A program made the position numbers and the translations under genes. Positions 57,974 through 64,000 of a DNA stretch of 64,000 bases are shown piece by piece. The stretch comes from an uncultured virus (IMG/VR IMGVR_UViG_3300025085_000011) (taxonomy: Duplodnaviria; Heunggongvirae; Uroviricota; Caudoviricetes). The first letter of the stretch is position 1; each line of letters begins with the position of its first letter. The notes under the pieces are model-generated. The model was not told the origin of the DNA and made no database searches. It saw nothing but the letters and a program-made list of their open reading frames with translations. The stretch lies in IMG/VR virus record IMGVR_UViG_3300025085_000011. One strand, 5' to 3'.

Positions 57974-59089
57974 TTGTTCATCGACAATGATTTCCCGAAG
58001 ATTCTCGGTGCAGAGCTTTACCGTCCGCACCCTGCTTACATCGTAGAAATGGCCGCTGAACCAGTGGTCGTACACGATTTTAGTAAGCAGCCAGGCCAGA
58101 CGGTACAGCTTGATCGTTACCGGTTCTTCGGAAACCCTGGCTCTAAAGAGTCACGCGAGCGTACCGCTGAGCAGACCATTGGTACTGCTAACAGCCGGAA
58201 CATTGTCAAAGACAAGGTTCTGGTAACCCTTAAAGAGTATACCGGCCCTGCGGATCCTTCAGATCCTACACAGCCTTCTACCTTTAAGATTGCGCGTGAA
58301 ACTCTCATCACAGCGCAGCGCCTTCTGCTTGATACAGGCAACCTTACAACTTTCCACCAGAGCATCGGTTCGCTGACTCTGCTGGATGATTATCGTCGTT
58401 GGCGCGACCGCGTCTTTGTAAACGAACTTCTTAAGTCTGTTTCTAAAGGCCAGTCTTCCGATAGCCAGGGTGGTTACTACTTCCCCGGTGATCTTGCAAC
58501 TGGAGCCCTAACTTACACCAACGCCGAGCAAGCTAAGTTCGACGTTAAGGATGACCTCCTTCGTGTGGTTAAGTCTCTGCGTAAGCGGAACACTCCTACA
58601 TTCCAAGATGGTTTCTATCGCTGTATTTGCGATCCCACCTTTTTGATGCACCTCCGTCAGAATTCTGACTTCCGCGAGGTTGCACGTTACCCCGGTAACG
58701 GCCAAATCAACCCACTTATGTCTGGGATGCAGCCTAACGCTGCTCTCTACATGGGTCAGGGTTTTGGGCAAGCCACCTTCTTGGCTGGCGAGCCGATCAT
58801 GCCTACCGGCTTTGTGTTTGAAGGAGTTCGCTTCTTCGAGTCCACAAACATGCCAACTCAGACTCAAGCTGCCACGATTGCAGCGACAGCGCAAGACTAC
58901 AACGCAGCTGTTGGTATCTTCTTCGGTCCTCAAGCCATTGGCGTGGGTATCGGTGGATCCAATGCTCAAGTCCTCTTGAACAATAACGACGATTTTAGTC
59001 GCTATATCATGATGATTTGGTCGTTGTATGCAGGTTTCGAGCTGCTTAATGCAGATTTCGTAACCGTTGGTTACTCATTCGACGCTTGA
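57974..59089 (+). CDS. Major capsid protein
   Basis: 371 aa. KQPGQTVQLDRY, FEGVRFFESTN, FFGPQAIG, DDFSR. Highly-expressed codon style, TTG start. Confidence 0.85.
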   Translation: MFIDNDFPKILGAELYRPHPAYIVEMAAEPVVVHDFSKQPGQTVQLDRYRFFGNPGSKESRERTAEQTIGTANSRNIVKDKVLVTLKEYTGPADPSDPTQPSTFKIARETLITAQRLLLDTGNLTTFHQSIGSLTLLDDYRRWRDRVFVNELLKSVSKGQSSDSQGGYYFPGDLATGALTYTNAEQAKFDVKDDLLRVVKSLRKRNTPTFQDGFYRCICDPTFLMHLRQNSDFREVARYPGNGQINPLMSGMQPNAALYMGQGFGQATFLAGEPIMPTGFVFEGVRFFESTNMPTQTQAATIAATAQDYNAAVGIFFGPQAIGVGIGGSNAQVLLNNNDDFSRYIMMIWSLYAGFELLNADFVTVGYSFDA

Positions 59090-59103
59090 GGAGGTAACTA
59101 ACA

Positions 59104-59979
59104 ATGATTAACGCTAACCAGCTTCACGTTTCCAAGATTTATCCTGGAAACTACGTAAACGTTCTGCGGTATTGGCACGAAGTCAAGACCATGCAGTTCG
59201 AGAACGCAAATGGCGTTCAACAGAGCTACACGAACCAACCTGTCGGCGGTCCTGTCGGCGTTGTGTTCCGTCCCGGTTGGATTGCTCAACAGGCAGTCGG
59301 TTATGTCGACCTGAGTTATCAGGCTCTCGGCACTAACAATCAGCTGAGCTACTACACACAGCCTTACGGCTCTGGGTCTAACGACGCTAATCAGCCGTTC
59401 CTCAACGCGAACGTCATCATCCCTTCTCCTGACTTCCATAAGGATGTTCGGGCTGACATCACTGATGGCCTTAAGGCACCTGCAGGTGCTTACGCGTATC
59501 GTGCATCACTTCGTGTTGACGGCGGCGACGTTGTCAGTTCTGGTGTTGCCGGTGGTTCTGCCACCCCAACCCTGACTCTCATCCCTGCGGTGGGCGAAGG
59601 TCTTTCTGCTGACGGCACCGTCGTCAGTGGTCAGTTCGGCGTTTCGATTGTCGGCTCTAGCAGCCGCATCGCTAACGGCAGCGTGGCCTCCACCAACATC
59701 GTCGATTCCAGCACACTTGCTGCTTTGGGATCCGAGACTCAGTGGAAGTTGTTTACCACGACCAACCTGGGCGGCTCTGCTGCTTCTGGTTTGGCTCAAG
59801 GCTCAGGTATCTACGATCCCCGTGCCGGTGCTAACAAGCTGTCTGGTGATGACAAGGCTCTCGCTATCTGCGAAGTTTGTTGGATCCTTCCTGACGAACC
59901 CCCCGAGCGTCAAGACGTTGCTCTGCAACCTGACGGTTTGGTTGAGTCACAGGTTTACACCTCCACCTCACCTTCCTGA
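59104..59979 (+). CDS. Abundant virion protein (decoration / minor capsid candidate)
   Basis: GGAGG RBS, capsid-like codon bias, followed by a strong terminator. Confidence 0.6.
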   Translation: MINANQLHVSKIYPGNYVNVLRYWHEVKTMQFENANGVQQSYTNQPVGGPVGVVFRPGWIAQQAVGYVDLSYQALGTNNQLSYYTQPYGSGSNDANQPFLNANVIIPSPDFHKDVRADITDGLKAPAGAYAYRASLRVDGGDVVSSGVAGGSATPTLTLIPAVGEGLSADGTVVSGQFGVSIVGSSSRIANGSVASTNIVDSSTLAALGSETQWKLFTTTNLGGSAASGLAQGSGIYDPRAGANKLSGDDKALAICEVCWILPDEPPERQDVALQPDGLVESQVYTSTSPS

Positions 59980-60001
59980 TACACTAATTAGGAACACGGA
60001 C

Positions 60002-60030
60002 GACCCCTCCCGCCAGAGGGGTCTTTTTTT
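60002..60030 (+). terminator. Intrinsic terminator of the capsid operon
   Basis: gacccctc-ccgcca-gaggggtc-ttttttt. Confidence 0.85.
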
Positions 60031-60109
60031 GTGCTTTAGTAAACATATAAAACTAATTTTTTTCAAAATATGTAGAGTTGACTTACTCCATTGCGCTCAT
60101 GAAGCACTT

Positions 60110-60370
60110 ATGGCTAATAAAGAAATCTCAGATTTAAAGTTAGACAGAAAAGAATGCGAAAAATGCGGCGCTACGTGGTTAAATGGACAGCATTTTTGGG
60201 CTACAGGGGCAAAAGGTAATGAATATGACCTAGCTGGGCTTGTTTGCAACCGAGCAAACTCAGAAAAGTGCATAAACCCTATGAAAGGTAGTGAAGAAGG
60301 TGATACTTGGGATAAAAGAGCGGCATTTATCGATGGAATTGACGAAGCAATTAAAAAAATGCTGATGTGA
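60110..60370 (+). CDS. Small Cys-containing cyanophage-type hypothetical protein
   Basis: CEKCGATWLNGQHFWATG...DLAGLVCN...CINP. This is the real portion of track ORF 59627..60370. Confidence 0.7.
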   Translation: MANKEISDLKLDRKECEKCGATWLNGQHFWATGAKGNEYDLAGLVCNRANSEKCINPMKGSEEGDTWDKRAAFIDGIDEAIKKMLM

Positions 60371-60423
60371 CTAGTGCTTTTGCAGTATTTTGATATACAC
60401 TGACGATAAATGGTGATCTGTAG

Positions 60424-60888
60424 ATGACTACGAAGGTTTTTAAGCCCAGCGGCGTAAAAGTAGATATCCTTTCGACTCACGACGACGGTGAATACTTCAT
60501 GTGTCGTTCAAACACGACAGGAAAAGTTTTTTTTGCGCATAAAGATCAAGTTGACGACTTTATGGAGGCAAATACACCGACTCCAAAGTCAAACGCATTG
60601 AAAACAAGGCGCGGGAGACGTGCTGTAAAGGGAGAAGAGGTAAAAGAAGAAACAAACACCGTGGTTAAGCCTCTTCCTCCTGCAGACAACAGAATTAATT
60701 TAAACACTTTGACTGCAGAAGGTCTGACTCAGTGTTTACCGGGCGTTGGTCTGAAAACAGCTAAAGAAATTATCGAGTTAAAGCAAAGTTTGCCTGGAGA
60801 AAAGTTTAGTAAGCTCGATCAGTTGGAATCAATTAAGCGAGTTGAATGGGCGGAAGTTTTTGCTACTGGAGTTGTTTATGTTGAGTGA
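60424..60888 (+). CDS. Helix-hairpin-helix (ComEA-like) DNA-binding protein
   Basis: RINLNT.T...L...LPGVG.KTA.EII......F..LDQL. Confidence 0.75.
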   Translation: MTTKVFKPSGVKVDILSTHDDGEYFMCRSNTTGKVFFAHKDQVDDFMEANTPTPKSNALKTRRGRRAVKGEEVKEETNTVVKPLPPADNRINLNTLTAEGLTQCLPGVGLKTAKEIIELKQSLPGEKFSKLDQLESIKRVEWAEVFATGVVYVE

Positions 60889-60925
60889 CCTACAATAAGT
60901 ACCTAAGGTGGCGGGTACTTAAAAA

Positions 60926-61546
60926 ATGGCGCAGCTCTCAATTAACGAGCTAGAACAAATCCAGAGTTTTCTGGCTCAGCAGGGCGTCACATTTAACGCT
61001 ACGTCAACTGATGCAACTAAGCGTGAAGTAATTTACGCAGCAGTTAACCAGTTATCCAGAAACCCAGCACAGACCTTTGGTTATGCGCTAGACGACTTTA
61101 ACTTTAGTCGTACTGCGTATCACCTAGGTTTTAATATTGCGACTGTACCTGCTGGAGATTACGCAAGACTATTAGAAGCTTGTAATAGCATTCCGAGTGA
61201 ATTTTATTACGACAAAATTGTTCAGCAGCTTGAAAGGTGCGAAGAAGCTGAACGTTTGACTGAGCTGGCTACAGGTCGAGCAACTAGTAGACAAGAAACA
61301 ATTCTTGGTGACGTTTCTCGTTCTATCAGCATTCAAGACAAAAACGAAGTAACAAAAGTTTGGAGAGCTAACTACCTGTACGAGTGTGATCGTCTAGCTG
61401 AAATGCTTTACGTCCCTAACTACAAGAACCCCGTGGCAGCTCGGTATAGGTTTGAAAGAAGTGGAGGAGAGTTTATTCAGGCAATTCCTGGTCCTCCTGA
61501 TGTGTCACGAGCTGACCGCCTGTATTTTTATGCAAACTGGCGCTAA
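60926..61546 (+). CDS. Hypothetical structural protein (head-tail adaptor candidate)
   Basis: 206 aa, helical, downstream of the capsid operon. Confidence 0.45.
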   Translation: MAQLSINELEQIQSFLAQQGVTFNATSTDATKREVIYAAVNQLSRNPAQTFGYALDDFNFSRTAYHLGFNIATVPAGDYARLLEACNSIPSEFYYDKIVQQLERCEEAERLTELATGRATSRQETILGDVSRSISIQDKNEVTKVWRANYLYECDRLAEMLYVPNYKNPVAARYRFERSGGEFIQAIPGPPDVSRADRLYFYANWR

Positions 61547-61580
61547 ACTTAAAGCACGAATAGTTTTTGGTTTGTAGCAA

Positions 61581-63329
61581 ATGGGTTTTTTTAATGTTAT
61601 AGGAAAAGCTGGGATAGAACTCGGTCAAGCTGGAATTAGAACTGTTGATGATTTGATCCGTAACGTTGTGCTTCCCGCTGCACAGATGACGGGTGATGAC
61701 CTGATTGTGGAGAAGGTGATTAAAGAAGGGCACAACATGGGTATGAGGAATCTGCCCATTCTTCCTCGACCTGGTTTAATTGGTGAGTCGCCTCAAGCTG
61801 TAAACCAAGCAATTGATGCTGTACGACGTACTCAAGCACCAGCGCCTCGTTTCGGTGGAAATGTTGAAGCAAGAAGTCCTTTTATTCCTCAAACATCTCC
61901 CGTTGCTCCGATAGGGCCACGCACTCGCGGCGGTGACATTGTTCCTGTAAATCCTCAAGCTGCCCCTGCTCCTCGTCGAGAAATTCCTAGTGAATCTTTC
62001 ATGCGTCCAACGGCTGAGAATGTTCCCGTCGTACCTTCAAGTAACACAAGGCAGTTAAGTCTTGATCTGAGATTTCCTGCGGGTGCGCGTAGCTCTAGAG
62101 AAGTCATCACTTCAAAAGGAGCTATTAAACCAGAAGGCTCTAACGTTGGAGGCCAGTTTTACAACCCAGAAGCTGCTTCAGTAAGAGATCTTAGGGATGC
62201 AGGAACTTACGAGGGCTTTAGGAACTCTCCTATGAGTGCGGATCCGTTCCTTGACGGACAGACAAATCTTTTTGCCCCTAAGTCTGAAGTAGAGCAAGCT
62301 ATCGAAAGGTTCAATATCGCTCGCATGGGCGGTATGCCTGCACCCGTTGGAAGACAAGCACCTGTTCCTGAGTTTGGACGCGGTGGTTTAGTGCGAAGTG
62401 GGATGGACGACCTTCCTGTTGAAAGAGTCCGTGTTTCTGTGGACCCGTCCGCACCTAGAGCTTCAGCTGCAGTAGATCCTGTTGTTTCAATGAACAGCGC
62501 GACTGGGGCGAGGCAAGTTGATTTGAGCAAGATGCTTTCAGATCCTAGAATTCTTGCGGCTCTAGGAGCTACAGGTTTAGGTGCCGTTGGTGTTGGAATG
62601 ATGAACCAAGGGGGCGGAGAAGAAGCAGTAACTCCTCAAGCACCAGTTTCTCAGGATCCTGACCTTCGTATCGCTGAAAGACTCACCGGAGATCTCAACG
62701 CCAACCCTCTCTTCCGTGAGCCTGATGGATCTGCACTCGGCGGCAGTTTTTCTGAGCAAAGTGAGTTAGGTCGTTTGCTAAGAGAAATTCAGAGCAGCTC
62801 AGGAGCTAACCCTGAAAGCCGCGCTCCAACAGTAACCGGCGGTAACGATCAAAGGCGGAGCGTAGTGCGCGAAGCACTTCAACAAGCTGATCCTGTTGCT
62901 GCTGCAGTTATGCGAGCTACAGAGCCTATGAGTCCTGAAAAGTACGGCAGTGCTGCTGAGTACTACGCAGCTCGTCAAAACTATGCTTCTCAACCCTCTA
63001 TCCGTGCGCAACTTGCGAGTCAAATGGAAGGCGATATGGCCACGTGGGCTGAAGCTAATCCTGCTCTTGCCTACGAACTTCAACGTCGGTCGATGAGCAA
63101 TCCACAGGCAAATCAACAGTCTGCGGAATCAGTCACTACTTCGTATCAGACTGGAACTCAGATGGGACCTCAAGTAGAGAACAACGCTGCAGGTAATGCA
63201 TTCTTCGCAGGCGAAGCAGCTGTTACAGGAGAGCAAGGAGCACAAGACTTGAAGAGTGCTACTGACCCTATCCCCGCTAAGAGTCTTAATTTGATTCAGT
63301 CTTACCTAGACTCCGCCTACCGTTATTGA
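61581..63329 (+). CDS. Large low-complexity protein, possible internal virion protein
   Basis: 582 aa, Pro/Ala/Gln-rich, one Gly-rich hydrophobic segment. Confidence 0.55.
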   Translation: MGFFNVIGKAGIELGQAGIRTVDDLIRNVVLPAAQMTGDDLIVEKVIKEGHNMGMRNLPILPRPGLIGESPQAVNQAIDAVRRTQAPAPRFGGNVEARSPFIPQTSPVAPIGPRTRGGDIVPVNPQAAPAPRREIPSESFMRPTAENVPVVPSSNTRQLSLDLRFPAGARSSREVITSKGAIKPEGSNVGGQFYNPEAASVRDLRDAGTYEGFRNSPMSADPFLDGQTNLFAPKSEVEQAIERFNIARMGGMPAPVGRQAPVPEFGRGGLVRSGMDDLPVERVRVSVDPSAPRASAAVDPVVSMNSATGARQVDLSKMLSDPRILAALGATGLGAVGVGMMNQGGGEEAVTPQAPVSQDPDLRIAERLTGDLNANPLFREPDGSALGGSFSEQSELGRLLREIQSSSGANPESRAPTVTGGNDQRRSVVREALQQADPVAAAVMRATEPMSPEKYGSAAEYYAARQNYASQPSIRAQLASQMEGDMATWAEANPALAYELQRRSMSNPQANQQSAESVTTSYQTGTQMGPQVENNAAGNAFFAGEAAVTGEQGAQDLKSATDPIPAKSLNLIQSYLDSAYRY

Positions 63330-63359
63330 GCTAAACTTAAATACAACTAGGTTTATTTC

Positions 63360-63893
63360 ATGGACTCATCCCCAGAAAATAATAACCAAGGAGGTAAATT
63401 CCTTAACGCGTTAATCCAGGGAGTTCGCATGGCTGCGGACTTCAAGCGCGGTTACGATAACCCAGATTTTTATCGCGGTAATCGTACACGTTTAGCATCT
63501 GATAGGTTCCAAGATATGATTTTGGAGTCACAGCGTCGTAATGACGAAAGAGCTGATGCAGCTAGAGCTGCACGTATGGAAGCGGATGAAAAATCTAGAA
63601 ATTCTCGTTTACTAACAAATTTGTATAACAGAGGAGATATTTCTAAGGAACAGTATCTTCAAGGTATTACATCAGGTGTGATGCCTAGCTTTGATGCACC
63701 TGAGTCTGTACTTAATCCTGAAACCTTTGACTACAGTAAGTATGGTTTGGAGGGTTTTGGTATGGAGGATATTAAAGGGGTTTTACAGGATTATCCTGGT
63801 ACAACCTTTGATCAGCTACAAGAACTTGGTGAAAACGCACGTAACCGTGGATTAAATATCGGAAGTAAAGCTAGTGACGTAATAGGATTTTAA
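63360..63893 (+). CDS. Hypothetical protein
   Basis: 177 aa. C-terminal FGMEDI motif resembles the repeats in 20098..20844. Confidence 0.6.
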   Translation: MDSSPENNNQGGKFLNALIQGVRMAADFKRGYDNPDFYRGNRTRLASDRFQDMILESQRRNDERADAARAARMEADEKSRNSRLLTNLYNRGDISKEQYLQGITSGVMPSFDAPESVLNPETFDYSKYGLEGFGMEDIKGVLQDYPGTTFDQLQELGENARNRGLNIGSKASDVIGF

Positions 63894-63930
63894 ACTTCTA
63901 ACCGACCCCTAAACACACCCTGAACATACA

Positions 63931-64000
63931 ATGGCTTCAACTAGTACCAACAAGCAACCCCTTATGGTTGATCGTCCTTTCTTTAGGGGCGCTCGAATCA
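63931..64000 (+). CDS. Start of next gene (3'-truncated)
   Basis: MASTSTNKQPLMVDRPFFRGARI..., open to the window end. Confidence 0.5.
   Translation, partial: MASTSTNKQPLMVDRPFFRGARI

Noticed and set aside
58117..59799. Antisense ORFs over the capsid operon
   Set aside because: Expected from strong codon bias. No motifs or expression signals.
59627..60109. N-terminal extension of track ORF 59627..60370
   Set aside because: Shadow frame of 59104..59979 that crosses a strong terminator. The recognisable protein starts at ATG 60110.

Overview
64 kb of a tailed dsDNA cyanophage genome. A picocyanobacterial host is inferred from a CP12-like peptide, a DUF4278-type peptide behind a glutamine-II riboswitch-like RNA and cyanophage-type LamG/SPRY tail fibres. 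Gene content recalls S-EIV1-like phages, which is an unverified impression. Layout: tail fibre, lysis and small basic proteins plus thyX (1-12.6 kb, mostly +). A minus-strand early/replication arm (12.6-34.6 kb) carries primase-helicase, exonuclease, SSB-like, PolA, a RavA/ViaA-like AAA+/VWA operon, dCTP deaminase and many small ORFs. An ORF-poor, hairpin-rich divergence region lies at 34.6-35.8 kb. A mostly plus-strand late arm (35.8-64 kb) interleaves seven putative glycan-building enzymes with terminase, portal, scaffold-like and major capsid genes. Most notable: the candidate virion glycosylation pathway, the riboswitch-peptide unit, a 503-nt portal/scaffold overlap, an apparently dead DNA methyltransferase homologue sharing CATG with a divergent gene, a split DUF5872-like gene and a ~400-nt structured non-coding element. 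Family calls come from motif recognition by eye, with no database searches. No tRNA, CRISPR array, integrase or RT was seen.
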